A stretch of 64,000 nucleotides of DNA from the NCBI GenBank assembly GCA_943788985.1, contig CALSSJ010000022.1:11020-75019 (forward strand), written 5' to 3'. The notes beneath the pieces were generated by a model, which was not told where the DNA came from, made no database searches, and saw only the letters and a list, made by a program, of their open reading frames with translations. Numbering within the stretch: position 1 is the first letter of the stretch; each line of letters begins with the position of its first letter. Positions 31,188 to 40,831 of this stretch are shown one piece after another. This DNA comes from an uncultured Lentisphaerales bacterium. GTDB taxonomy: Bacteria; Verrucomicrobiota; Lentisphaeria; JABSQK01; UBA12247. A program made the translations under genes and the position numbers.

Positions 31188-33896
31188 TTAGTCGTCGAGC
31201 AGGCTGGCCATGTCGCTGAGGCTGAGTCCGGGAGGAAGTGCGGTCGCGCCATCGATTACTTCTGCGAAGAGGGCGCGTTTCTCTTGCTGGAGTTTGAGCA
31301 CGCGTTCTTCGACCGAGTCGGCGGTTGCGAGGCGATAGGCGACGACGGGCTTGTCCTGGCCAATCCGGTGCGCACGGTCGATGGCCTGTTGTTCGACCGC
31401 TGGGTTCCACCAGGGATCGTAGAGGAAGACGTAGTCTGCCTTGGTCAAGGTGAGCCCGGTGCCCGCTGCGCGGAGGCTGAGGAGGAAGACCATCGGGATG
31501 TCGGCCTTGGTGAAGGTCTCGATGCGCTTCTGGCGCACCGCAGCGGGCGTATCGCCGGTGATAATCTGGTAGGGAATATGGGCGGCCTTGAGCGCTGCTT
31601 CGATGATGTGCAGCATCTTGACAAACTGGCTGAAGACGAGCGAGGAATGACCAGCATCGCGAAGCTCCTCCAGGCGCTCCATGAGCACCCCGAGTTTTGC
31701 GGACTCCGCAGCAGCAAGTGATCCGCTGACGAGGGCGGGATGACAGCAAATCTGACGTAGCCGCGTGAGTTGGGCAAAGACCTGCATTGGGCCACCGCCT
31801 TCTTCGCGCGCTCGGCGGCGAGTTTCGTCGTAGAGCCGGCGCTGTTGATCGGTCATCGGTACGGTGAGGAGTTCCTCGGTTCGGGCGGGAAGATCCGGGG
31901 CGACCTCTTCCTTGGTGCGCCGCAGGATCAGCGGTGCGAGTTGCTTCTGTAGTCGCACGCGGTTGCGTGCGGAGAACGTATACTCATCCTCAAAATCTCG
32001 CTGCCTTCCTAGGTAGCCGGGGTTGAGCAGGTCGATCAGGCTCCAGAGATCGCGAAGGCGGTTCTCGAGCGGCGTGCCGGTGACCGCCACACGCCCTGCC
32101 GCTGGCAGCGCCCGGGCGGCGATACTTACCGCGGCATCTGGATTCTTGAGTTGCTGTGCTTCGTCGAAGATTGCCAGATCCCATTGCGAAGTTCGCAACG
32201 CTTGGATGTCGTTGCGCATGACGGCGTAGGTGCAAATCAGCAGCTGATTCGAGGAATCCGCTAGGGCTTGTTTCCGCTGTTCCGGGGACCCGACCAGCGA
32301 CTGGACCTTCAAGCTGGGCGTAAAGCGCTGGCTTTCTTGTTGCCAGACACCGACCACGGAGGCCGGGCAAACGACTAGCCCGCGCCAGCCTGCTCGGGCC
32401 ACGGCTTGGACGTAGGCCAGAATCTGCACAGTCTTGCCCAGGCCCATGTCATCGGCCAAGAGACAGGAGACGCTGGCGGCGAGTCTACTGCGGAGAAATT
32501 GACAGCCCGCCAGCTGATAGCTGCGCAGTTCGCCTGCGAACTCGGCAAGCGGTGCAAACTCCGTAATTTCTGGTTGGGCGGCTGCTTGCTTAAGGAGGGC
32601 CTTGGCGGTTTGCGAACTCCGCAACCTGGGGAGCTCGACGAGTGCTCGACTGACCGCACTAAGCTCGGTGCGGGCGACGCGCTGTTTGCCCATGCGCAGG
32701 CCGCTGGTGGCGATCTGCTTACGGAACAAGTGCACGGCTTCATTGGAAAGGCGCAACCAAGCGCCTTCAGCGCTGCGAAAGCAGGTCTGGCCGCGCTCGG
32801 TGGCTTGGCTGAGTTGCTCGGGGGTGAGTGAAATGCCAGCGGCCTCGGCGGTTATTTGCAGGTCGCACCAGGCTGCGCTCTCGACTGCCATCACACCGGC
32901 GGTAAGCGCGGCATCGCCTTGGGTAAAGGCAGTCAGCCCGGGCGTGCTGCGCACGGAGACGGAGTCGGGCAGGGCGTCGAGAGCTGTGCCGAAGCGGTGA
33001 AGGCGATCGACGTCACCGGCGATGCGAAACTTGTTTCGGTCGACGGTCGCTCCCGCGGAGTTAAGCGCCTCTGCTACGCTTGCGAGGTCCGCAGATTCGT
33101 AGCTCAAAACTTGGAAGCGCTCGCGGCCGTTCTTTAGGATGCGTACGTCTTGGAGGTCGGGGCGTACGGGCCGCGCCGCGCCGACATGAACCTCGGCGCA
33201 AATGTCCGCGCCATCTTCTTCGAGCACGAGGACGGTCTTGGCCTGGCGGCGATCGTGGACCACATCTCCTGCGACGAGATCGAGCCTGCCGTTGAGAATA
33301 CCCGGGAGATTGGTGACGAGCTTTTGGGTGTCTACGACCGGGTCCTGCTTAGCAAAGAGCTGATCGACCAGCTCTCGCGGGATGGGGAAGTCGATGGTGA
33401 GCGTCCGGCCATCGACAGCGTAGCGGGCCTGCTTGCCCTTTGGGACGAAGCGGAGGCTATGATAGGGATACCGCGATTTATCCGGAAGCACCGCCACGGC
33501 ATGCAGCTGGGTCTTGTTGCCGCGGTGGTCTAGCGGGAACAGCAGGGTTGCGGACTCCGCAGATTGCGCGGCGCTGGCCTTGGTGGCACGATCGATGAAG
33601 CGATCGGGAGTATCGGCGAAGCGTGTCAGCCAGCCCTCGAAGGTGGGGATTGGCACTTTCAGCGCTTTGAGATTGGCCTTCAATATATGCGGCTTGCTGA
33701 CGATCGTCCAGAGCAACTTGACCAGGGTCTCATCCTCTGGGCGCAAGCCTTGATCTTTTCCCCAGCGGGCGCGCTGGCCAAAATTATAGAGCTGTTGGAC
33801 TGAAAGATTCGTCCGTTCCGTGGTCTCTACGCGGAATATCCAGCATGTGATCATGCCTCGTGCATGCGTGTGATCAATCTCAACTTCGAGTCGCAT
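31188..33896 (-). CDS. SNF2-family helicase/ATPase
   Basis: LRSYQ, LADDMGLGKT, DEAQQLKN, TGTPLEN, LRRTKEEV, GTGLTLT, DPWWNPAVEQQAIDRAHRIGQ. Confidence 0.95.
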   Translation of the reverse strand: MRLEVEIDHTHARGMITCWIFRVETTERTNLSVQQLYNFGQRARWGKDQGLRPEDETLVKLLWTIVSKPHILKANLKALKVPIPTFEGWLTRFADTPDRFIDRATKASAAQSAESATLLFPLDHRGNKTQLHAVAVLPDKSRYPYHSLRFVPKGKQARYAVDGRTLTIDFPIPRELVDQLFAKQDPVVDTQKLVTNLPGILNGRLDLVAGDVVHDRRQAKTVLVLEEDGADICAEVHVGAARPVRPDLQDVRILKNGRERFQVLSYESADLASVAEALNSAGATVDRNKFRIAGDVDRLHRFGTALDALPDSVSVRSTPGLTAFTQGDAALTAGVMAVESAAWCDLQITAEAAGISLTPEQLSQATERGQTCFRSAEGAWLRLSNEAVHLFRKQIATSGLRMGKQRVARTELSAVSRALVELPRLRSSQTAKALLKQAAAQPEITEFAPLAEFAGELRSYQLAGCQFLRSRLAASVSCLLADDMGLGKTVQILAYVQAVARAGWRGLVVCPASVVGVWQQESQRFTPSLKVQSLVGSPEQRKQALADSSNQLLICTYAVMRNDIQALRTSQWDLAIFDEAQQLKNPDAAVSIAARALPAAGRVAVTGTPLENRLRDLWSLIDLLNPGYLGRQRDFEDEYTFSARNRVRLQKQLAPLILRRTKEEVAPDLPARTEELLTVPMTDQQRRLYDETRRRAREEGGGPMQVFAQLTRLRQICCHPALVSGSLAAAESAKLGVLMERLEELRDAGHSSLVFSQFVKMLHIIEAALKAAHIPYQIITGDTPAAVRQKRIETFTKADIPMVFLLSLRAAGTGLTLTKADYVFLYDPWWNPAVEQQAIDRAHRIGQDKPVVAYRLATADSVEERVLKLQQEKRALFAEVIDGATALPPGLSLSDMASLLDD

Positions 33897-33917
33897 CCAG
33901 TTCTAGTCTCTCATCTA

Positions 33918-33946
33918 TTGGCGCTCTCGCGACGCCGGATTATAGT
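33918..33946 (+). promoter_or_regulatory. Sigma70-like promoter for tRNA-Gln
   Basis: TTGGCG-N17-TATAGT ending 16 nt before the tRNA. Confidence 0.55.
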
Positions 33947-33962
33947 ACGCACTCGCCGGATT

Positions 33963-34036
33963 TACCCCATGGTGTAACGGTAGCACAACTGGTTTTGATC
34001 CAGTCAGCCTAGGTTCGAATCCTAGTGGGGTAGCCA
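33963..34036 (+). tRNA. tRNA-Gln (anticodon TTG)
   Basis: Acceptor stem TACCCCA/TGGGGTA, anticodon arm ACTGG-TTTTGAT-CCAGT, GGTTCGAATCC T-loop, encoded CCA. Confidence 0.97.
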
Positions 34037-34070
34037 TACATCCTATTCTGGCGTTCGCAACGCCCGCCGG

Positions 34071-34820
34071 ATGAATCCGCAGCAGCAGGAATATGAGCGT
34101 TCGATGCCCCATACCCGCATGACCTTGACTGAGGCAGCTGGCTATCTGCACCTGGCAGAATCCGAAGTGCTGGCGCTGTTCCGCAACAACGAAATTCCCG
34201 CTATTCCCGGGCCCTCTCCGGTTTTCATGAAGCAGGAGCTGCATGACTGGCTGGCGCGCAAGCTACTTGGGGCGGAACAGAAGCCGATCGTGGCTTATCA
34301 CACGAGTGCGGGCCGGATTTTTGAACCGCTGCCGCAGGTAGAGCGGCCCTTCGTTTCTACGTTTATTCTGCCGGAATGCATCGCTCTGAATGTCTCCGCA
34401 AAGTCGAAGACGCGCGTGCTGCGGGAGCTGGTGAAGCTGGCAGCACAGAGCAATCTTGTCTCGGATGATGAGGAGTTTATGGGCTTGGTAGAGGAGCGAG
34501 AGTCGCTTTGTTCGACCGCTTTAGGCCATGGCGTGGCGATGCCGCATTCGCGCGTTCATGATGAGTATCTTATTTTCGAAACCTTCATGGTGGTCATGAT
34601 TCTCGAGACTCCGATCCACTTCGGCGCGGATGATAATCAACCGACGGACGTGTTCCTGATGCCGTGTGCTCACGATGACCGGATTCACCTTTACATGATT
34701 GCACGTTTGGCGCGGCTGCTCCATGATACGGCCATCGCTACGGACCTGCGCGCGTGCGAGGATGCGGAAGATGTCATTGGCGTATTTCGTGCCCATGAAT
34801 GCGAGTTTGCAGGGGTGTAA
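34071..34820 (+). CDS. PTS IIA (Ntr/fructose-type) protein with N-terminal excisionase-like HTH
   Basis: MTLTEAAGYLHL...IPA HTH, ERESLCSTALGHGVAMPH with the phospho-His, FGADD. Confidence 0.88.
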   Translation: MNPQQQEYERSMPHTRMTLTEAAGYLHLAESEVLALFRNNEIPAIPGPSPVFMKQELHDWLARKLLGAEQKPIVAYHTSAGRIFEPLPQVERPFVSTFILPECIALNVSAKSKTRVLRELVKLAAQSNLVSDDEEFMGLVEERESLCSTALGHGVAMPHSRVHDEYLIFETFMVVMILETPIHFGADDNQPTDVFLMPCAHDDRIHLYMIARLARLLHDTAIATDLRACEDAEDVIGVFRAHECEFAGV

Positions 34821-34836
34821 CACTGGGGTTTCAGGC

Positions 34837-36537
34837 ATGGCAAAACAACAACTTGAGATCCGTAAGCAGGCAGCAGCCGCGTCGACTCCCGATGTGTCTG
34901 CAATAGAGTCGCGCCTGAGCGAGATCGAAGGGGCGCTGGACAGCCTTACGTGCAAAGCCAAACGGCTCGATCAGGAGCGGCAGACGTACCGTGACGCGGT
35001 GAGTGCCCTGAGGGACTCGGTGGTTCGTTCGCTAGCAGCGCTGGATGCGGTGAGCTTTCATGCCGAGCTTGGCGAAGAGATTTCGCAGCTGCGTGCTGCG
35101 CAACGGGCGCTGATGTCCGAGCTTCGGCCTTCGAGCGAAACGGACGAGTCGCCGACTGTGGGCGAGTTGACAATGGGCTCGATGATTCAGGTCGAGGCGC
35201 CGATTCCGGACGATGATCATCCGACCGTGGGGGATCTCGAAGAGGAACGGTTGGATTCGGACCAGGCGACAACGGTGGACGAGCTCCGCCTTTCCGAGGT
35301 GTATAAACGCCTCGGGAATTCAAGTGCGGCCGTGGCCAAGGGCCCGCCGCGCTCGAGCGCGGGCTCTGCCTGCAAGTCACAGCTTAAGGCGCTGTTGAAC
35401 GCCTCGGAAAAATTGCACCAGACGCGGAAGATGCCGCTGTCCGGAACGGTCATCGACCTGCAATTTATCGCCGAGTTGTACGATCGCTCCCTGTCGGTCT
35501 TGGAAGAATTTCTGATCGTGCACGACGAGAACAAACGGATGGCGCGGCGGATTTTTGATGACGAGCCGCGGTCTTGTCAGCAGGCCAAGGTAGCGGAGTT
35601 CTGGGCCGGACAGCCGACCGAGCAGTACCGGCATTACCGCTCACAGGCGGTGATCGACAAGGTGTTTGATTTTATCGAGGACCAGATTAACCACTTTCAT
35701 GCGTTCAGCTATTACGAACTCATTGACGTTCTGGCAGCGACGGTGAACGTGCAGCGCATCGCACCCCGTGCGGGCGACCTGTTCGACGAGAGTGTGCACA
35801 AGACCCAGGGCGTGAGCCCAGCGCCAGGTTGCGTGGTAAAGGAAATTACCAGTTCGGGGTATCTGGATCTACAAGACAGCATTCCAGCGCGGCGGGCGAC
35901 CGTGACTGTGGATGCCCCGCGCAAAGCGGCCGCGCTTGCCCCGAGCGCTTTCGTGGAGTCGGCTTCGCGAGAAGTGCCGCCGCATCCTGAGGTAGAGCGT
36001 TGCCATAAAAGAGTTATTGGCCTTAAGCTGGCGTTGTTGAAGATGCTGAACGCGAGCAATACGGAGCTCCTCGAGCCACTTCCCGCTGAAGTTAAGGCCA
36101 TGATTCACTTAAAATGTAACGAGTACCACAAGCGTTTCCGTGAGTTGCACGCGAAGCATCGCGAGCAAGCGCAGCAGCGGTATGAGCGGCTTGAAAAAGG
36201 CGGGCGCGCGGATCTAGGCATGTTCTGGGATGACGAGGTGGTCTCGGAGTATAGACGCTACGCGACGATGGGGTTCATGGAAGATGTGCTCGACCCCGTG
36301 GAAGATCAGATTCTCGCTGTGCGCAAGATTGACGCCCTACACATTCTGGATCTGCTGGCGTGGGAAATGGACTTGGTGCGGCTGCCGATCCAGTTTGGCA
36401 AGACAAAGTTCGATCCGATAGTTCATGACGGCCCGGCCGCGAACGACGCTGGTTGCGTAGTGCTCGGCCTGATTCGCTCCGGATACGACGCGGCGGACGG
36501 GGAGCGGCTCTACCGCAAGGCCACCGTTACCCTTTGA
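34837..36537 (+). CDS. Coiled-coil protein with two tandem modules each ending in a GrpE-like beta domain
   Basis: Internal duplication: FDESVH...GCVV...SGY...RRATVTV and FDPIVH...GCVV...SGY...RKATVTL. Confidence 0.65.
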   Translation: MAKQQLEIRKQAAAASTPDVSAIESRLSEIEGALDSLTCKAKRLDQERQTYRDAVSALRDSVVRSLAALDAVSFHAELGEEISQLRAAQRALMSELRPSSETDESPTVGELTMGSMIQVEAPIPDDDHPTVGDLEEERLDSDQATTVDELRLSEVYKRLGNSSAAVAKGPPRSSAGSACKSQLKALLNASEKLHQTRKMPLSGTVIDLQFIAELYDRSLSVLEEFLIVHDENKRMARRIFDDEPRSCQQAKVAEFWAGQPTEQYRHYRSQAVIDKVFDFIEDQINHFHAFSYYELIDVLAATVNVQRIAPRAGDLFDESVHKTQGVSPAPGCVVKEITSSGYLDLQDSIPARRATVTVDAPRKAAALAPSAFVESASREVPPHPEVERCHKRVIGLKLALLKMLNASNTELLEPLPAEVKAMIHLKCNEYHKRFRELHAKHREQAQQRYERLEKGGRADLGMFWDDEVVSEYRRYATMGFMEDVLDPVEDQILAVRKIDALHILDLLAWEMDLVRLPIQFGKTKFDPIVHDGPAANDAGCVVLGLIRSGYDAADGERLYRKATVTL

Positions 36538-36564
36538 GTCTCGGGCTATCGCACTGGCTAAGCT

Positions 36565-37401
36565 ATGACTGAGGACGACCCAGATCGTGACCCAGATCTT
36601 GATCTTGACCTGTCAGAGTTGCCCGTTGCAGTTGGGCAGCCAGAGGACGCTATGCTGGTGGACTTGGTCGAGGTCCCGCCGGGCTACTTTCAGCTCACCC
36701 GTTCGGCAACGTATTGCTTTCTGGCAGCCTTGCCGTTGCTGGTCGCGTATGAGCTATTGATCATCTTGGCCAATCGGACCCGGGTGCAGCAGGTGCGCGT
36801 GGGGGCCGACGTCTGGACCAAGCAAATCTTGGAGGCCGCCGGAGTGACGACCCACGCGACTCTGGCGACTACGGCTCTGGCCGTAGGGGTAATTGCAATT
36901 CTCTGTGACAGTCATCGCCGTGTAGAACTGCGGCCGTACTATTTCGCCGGGATGTTTCTGGAGAGCATTCTGTACGCCATCGGCATGGCCTATGTGGTCT
37001 TCAAGCTTGTCTATTCTGTTCTACCAGCAGTGCTGCCAAGTGTTGCCATCGGTGCGGGGGACGGCTTCATTCTCAGTCTGGCGCTGTCGCTGGGCGCGGG
37101 CCTGTATGAAGAGCTGTTTTTCCGGGTGTTGCTGTTTGGGGGGATCGCAGCGCTGCTGCGATTGTTCCTAAAGAAGCGTAGAGCGCTTGTGGTTGCCGCA
37201 ATTGTGAGCTCTCTTATCTTCAGTGGGATTCATTATATAGGGGAGTTTGCGTATGTCCTTGAGCTGCAATCATTTCTGTTTCGGTTCTTGTTGGGCATCG
37301 TGCTCACCGGGATTTACTACGCGCGTGGTTTTGCGGTCGCCGCCTGGTCGCATGCGTTGTATGACGTGCTGGTTATCTTTGTGAATCACAATGCAAACTG
37401 A
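36565..37401 (+). CDS. CPBP (Rce1/Abi) family intramembrane metalloprotease
   Basis: Multi-TM protein with EELFFR, FSGIHY and HALYD. Confidence 0.88.
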   Translation: MTEDDPDRDPDLDLDLSELPVAVGQPEDAMLVDLVEVPPGYFQLTRSATYCFLAALPLLVAYELLIILANRTRVQQVRVGADVWTKQILEAAGVTTHATLATTALAVGVIAILCDSHRRVELRPYYFAGMFLESILYAIGMAYVVFKLVYSVLPAVLPSVAIGAGDGFILSLALSLGAGLYEELFFRVLLFGGIAALLRLFLKKRRALVVAAIVSSLIFSGIHYIGEFAYVLELQSFLFRFLLGIVLTGIYYARGFAVAAWSHALYDVLVIFVNHNAN

Positions 37402-38884
37402 CTTCGCTCGCTTCTCCGAAGCGTTTAGCACACAGAATGCCGACATTGTGGATGGCCTGGAGGAGGCGCTCTACGCCTACACGGCCAGCCACCAGATCAC
37501 CTTTGCCGAAGCGGTCGAGTTTGGCGGGCAGGTCGTCCAGGCATTCCAAGAGTCGGCTATAGTGAAGGCCCGGACCCTGGTGCTGAATCAGTATCTGGCG
37601 CAAATTGAGCGGATTGCCCCCGCCCGGCTTACGGCCTCGACTTCGTCGACCGTAGCGCTGGTATCACGGCAGCTCTACAGCGCCGATGAGTGGGCCGCTC
37701 TCAATGTGCCCGGCGCGATTCCCGATGACATCGTGCACGCAGCGGAGGCGGCGCAGAATCGCAACGTTGCTGTGCGCACTGTGCTGGAGGCTCTATTTCG
37801 CTGGCTACAATCGATCGACCTGGAGGCGGCGCTTGCTTGGGAGCTGGAGTTGGTGAAGGATAAAGAGGTGGACCCGGACTTGGGACGGGACCTGCTGCAA
37901 GCCTGGGAGCTGCTGGATGGGCTGCCAGTTGGTTGCCTTAAATTTGCCGCAGATGCCGCCGGAGATCCGCAGGTGCAGCGCCAATGGCCTGCGGTCTGTG
38001 CCGCGGCGGACCGAGTTCTGCGGCGGCACGCGCTGCAGTGGATTGTTGAGAGCGAGACGCCTCGCGAACTCCGCAGTCTGGTTCGCGCGATTCCCCTGCA
38101 GGAGGAGCTGGAGCTGCGTGCGGCTCTGGCCGTGGCGATCGAAGGCTTGGGTGCGCGCGTGACGTATTTCTCGAGTCTGGCCACGCGCGATGAGGAGATG
38201 GTTGCGAAGTTCGCACCGGTTTTGGGCCGGGAGTTTCTTGGAATTATGGGGCTGTTTGTGCCGTTGATGGTCGCGGCAGATATCATCCTGACGTCTCCCG
38301 ATGGTGCGCACGGCTTTGCCCTGTCGGTCTTTGGCTTTAGCGATCGGGCCCGCAAGAACTGGAAGGCACGACTGGAGGAGCGCGCGGTGGAGGCGGTTCG
38401 CCGGGCGTTCATGTTTGACCTAAAAAATAAGCGCAAGCCGATCCAAACGATCGAGCGGCTCTCGTTCGGGGATGAGGCGCTGATGGCATCTGCGAAAGGT
38501 ATGCTCGACCTGCTGAGTGGGGACTTCGATAATATCAAGGATCGCGAGGGGGCGGTGGAGGTGTTGGCCCCTGCCTACGCAGATTCGCGTGAACCGGCGT
38601 TGCGTGCGACCGAGATTGGCCGCCGCTATCGCAGCTTGATGCGTGCGTTGCATCCGGATTCTTTGGCGCATATTCTCCCCGCAGACGTGCTGCAGACGGC
38701 CCAGGAAAAGCAGGAGACGATCCAGAATCTGACCACCATCGCAACGGAGTCCCGGCGGTTTCTGCAGCAGCGCCGTGCGGAGTACGCAACGACCGAAGCG
38801 ATGATCGCGAGCGAGACGGGCTATTGCGAGTCGATTCGGGCCATACGCCTCTCTTACATTCGCGGAGTTCTCGATGTGCCGTAG
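37391..38884 (+). CDS. Hypothetical alpha-helical protein
   Basis: 497-aa ORF overlapping the upstream stop, in a same-strand run. No motif recognised. Confidence 0.7.
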   Translation: MQTDFARFSEAFSTQNADIVDGLEEALYAYTASHQITFAEAVEFGGQVVQAFQESAIVKARTLVLNQYLAQIERIAPARLTASTSSTVALVSRQLYSADEWAALNVPGAIPDDIVHAAEAAQNRNVAVRTVLEALFRWLQSIDLEAALAWELELVKDKEVDPDLGRDLLQAWELLDGLPVGCLKFAADAAGDPQVQRQWPAVCAAADRVLRRHALQWIVESETPRELRSLVRAIPLQEELELRAALAVAIEGLGARVTYFSSLATRDEEMVAKFAPVLGREFLGIMGLFVPLMVAADIILTSPDGAHGFALSVFGFSDRARKNWKARLEERAVEAVRRAFMFDLKNKRKPIQTIERLSFGDEALMASAKGMLDLLSGDFDNIKDREGAVEVLAPAYADSREPALRATEIGRRYRSLMRALHPDSLAHILPADVLQTAQEKQETIQNLTTIATESRRFLQQRRAEYATTEAMIASETGYCESIRAIRLSYIRGVLDVP

Positions 38885-38968
38885 AATCCGCATGTACTTT
38901 TCGCGCGCGGGAGGCATCACCCGTGCTACTTTACTCAATTACAGGTGAATCAGGACGCGGGAACGACT

Positions 38969-40825
38969 ATGGAGATTCTGGCTGCTACCAATAACGCGCA
39001 CAAGCTTTTTGAACTCAAGCAACTGTTGGCTGCATTGGGGATATCTGTGCGCGGCGCCGAAGATGTGGGTGGGATTCCGGAGGTAGACGAGGATGCCCCC
39101 ACCTTCAAGGGGAATGCGCTGAAGAAGGCCATCTCGGCGGCCCAGCATGCCAATTGCGTGGCGCTGGCCGATGACTCGGGGCTGGAGGTATTCAGCCTGA
39201 ATCGTGATCCGGGCGTGATGAGCGCCCGCTACGCTGGCACGCACGGTGACGATGTTGCGAACATCGCAAAAGTTCTGGATGCGCTAGAGGATTGCGAGGA
39301 TCGCAGAGCACGCTTTGTCTGCGCGATCGCTGTCGCCCGGCCGAATGGCCAGGCGGATGTGGTGGAGGGAGACGTTTATGGCACGATTACGCACAAGCCG
39401 CGGGGAGACCGCGGCTTTGGCTACGACCCTATTTTTATCCCGGATGGCGACGACCGTACGTTTGGCGAATTTACGCCGGCTGAGAAGGATAAGATTAGCC
39501 ACCGATCGGCAGCACTGCGCGCCGCGACTGCCTGCAAGCTGTTTGAGTCTGTGCTCGGCCAGCCCTCGTCCGCGGACCTGTTTGAGCGGGCCATTGCGGT
39601 AATTCCGGGCGGGGTGAATAGTCCGGTGCGGGCATTTGGCTCTGTGGGTGGCGAGCCGTTGTACGTGAAGTCCGGAACTGGAGCGCGCTTCGAATCCGTG
39701 GAGGGCACGCAATTTCTGGATTTCTGCTGCTCATGGGGGCCGTTGATTTTGGGGCATGCGCATCCTGAAGTGGTGGACGCTGTGCAGCGAGCGAGCGAAG
39801 CTGGGCTGTCCTACGGTCTAAACACGCCAGGCGAAGTAGAGATCGCCGAGACTATTTCGCGGCTTGTGCCGGAGATGGAGATGGTGCGTCTGGTGAACTC
39901 GGGGACCGAGGCCACGATGACGGCGCTGCGCTTGGCCCGCGGGGTTACGGGGCGGCGGAAGATGATCAAGTTTGACGGTTGCTACCACGGACACTCGGAC
40001 CAACTGCTGGTTGCGGCGGGAAGTGGCTTGCTGACGGGGGGGATTTCCTCATCTGCGGGCGTGTCTGGTGACGATGTCTTTGTCGCGCCATACAACGATC
40101 TCCGCGCCGTGCGCGAGATCATTCACGCACACGGGCAGGAGCTGGCGGCGATTATCGTGGAGCCGGTCGCAGGCAACATGGGCTATGTTTGCCCGAATGA
40201 TGGTTTCCTCCAAGGGCTGCGCGCTCTGGCGGATGATTGCGGGGCGCTGCTGATTTTCGATGAGGTGATCACTGGCTTTCGCTTTGGCGCTACGACCTAC
40301 GGGCACCTGCGCGGGATTAGCCCAGATTTGACTTGTCTGGGCAAGGTGATTGGCGGTGGACTGCCGATTGGCGCAATCGGTGGCTCGGCGCAGCACATGA
40401 CGCGACTGGCTCCGCTGGGAGACGTCTACCAGGCTGGGACTCTGAGCGGGAACCCGGTGGCAGTGGCGGCCGGACTCACGACGCTGCGGATTCTCGAGCG
40501 CGATAACCCGTATCCGCGTCTGGCCGAGCTGGGAACTGCAGCCCGAGATGGGTTGAACGAGCTACTGCAGGCAGCGCCGTTTCCCGCGCACTGTGCCGGG
40601 CAGGGGAGTGTGTTTACCATCTTTTTCGGCGAGGGGCCTATCGGAGATCTTAGTGGTGCTAAGGCCTGCGATACGGAGCGTTATGCTTCCTGCTTTCGCA
40701 GCATGAGGCGTGGAGGCGTGTATTTGCCGCCATCACAATTCGAACTTTCCTTTCTTTCGGCAGCGCACCACGAGGCCGATGTGGAGATGTTGATGTCGCG
40801 AATGGCGGCATGGCTCCGAGAGTGA
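38969..40825 (+). CDS. rdgB-hemL: Fusion of RdgB/HAM1 non-canonical purine NTP pyrophosphatase and glutamate-1-semialdehyde 2,1-aminomutase
   Basis: N-terminal half has ATNNAHK, ADDSGL, SARYAG, GFGYDPIF, ISHR. C-terminal half has PGGVNSPVRAF, NSGTEA, FDEVITGFR, GKVIGGG, QAGTLSGNP. Single open frame. Confidence 0.93.
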   Translation: MEILAATNNAHKLFELKQLLAALGISVRGAEDVGGIPEVDEDAPTFKGNALKKAISAAQHANCVALADDSGLEVFSLNRDPGVMSARYAGTHGDDVANIAKVLDALEDCEDRRARFVCAIAVARPNGQADVVEGDVYGTITHKPRGDRGFGYDPIFIPDGDDRTFGEFTPAEKDKISHRSAALRAATACKLFESVLGQPSSADLFERAIAVIPGGVNSPVRAFGSVGGEPLYVKSGTGARFESVEGTQFLDFCCSWGPLILGHAHPEVVDAVQRASEAGLSYGLNTPGEVEIAETISRLVPEMEMVRLVNSGTEATMTALRLARGVTGRRKMIKFDGCYHGHSDQLLVAAGSGLLTGGISSSAGVSGDDVFVAPYNDLRAVREIIHAHGQELAAIIVEPVAGNMGYVCPNDGFLQGLRALADDCGALLIFDEVITGFRFGATTYGHLRGISPDLTCLGKVIGGGLPIGAIGGSAQHMTRLAPLGDVYQAGTLSGNPVAVAAGLTTLRILERDNPYPRLAELGTAARDGLNELLQAAPFPAHCAGQGSVFTIFFGEGPIGDLSGAKACDTERYASCFRSMRRGGVYLPPSQFELSFLSAAHHEADVEMLMSRMAAWLRE

Positions 40826-40831
40826 TAAACA

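Noticed and set aside
31188-33896. SNF2 helicase as part of a defence system such as DISARM or Zorya
   Set aside because: No methylase, DUF1998, PLD or other partner genes are adjacent, and it carries several resident-type palindromes.
33963-36537. Prophage or integrative element at tRNA-Gln suggested by the excisionase-like HTH
   Set aside because: The HTH is fused to PTS IIA, a known chromosomal architecture. There is no integrase, no phage gene and no direct-repeat att downstream.
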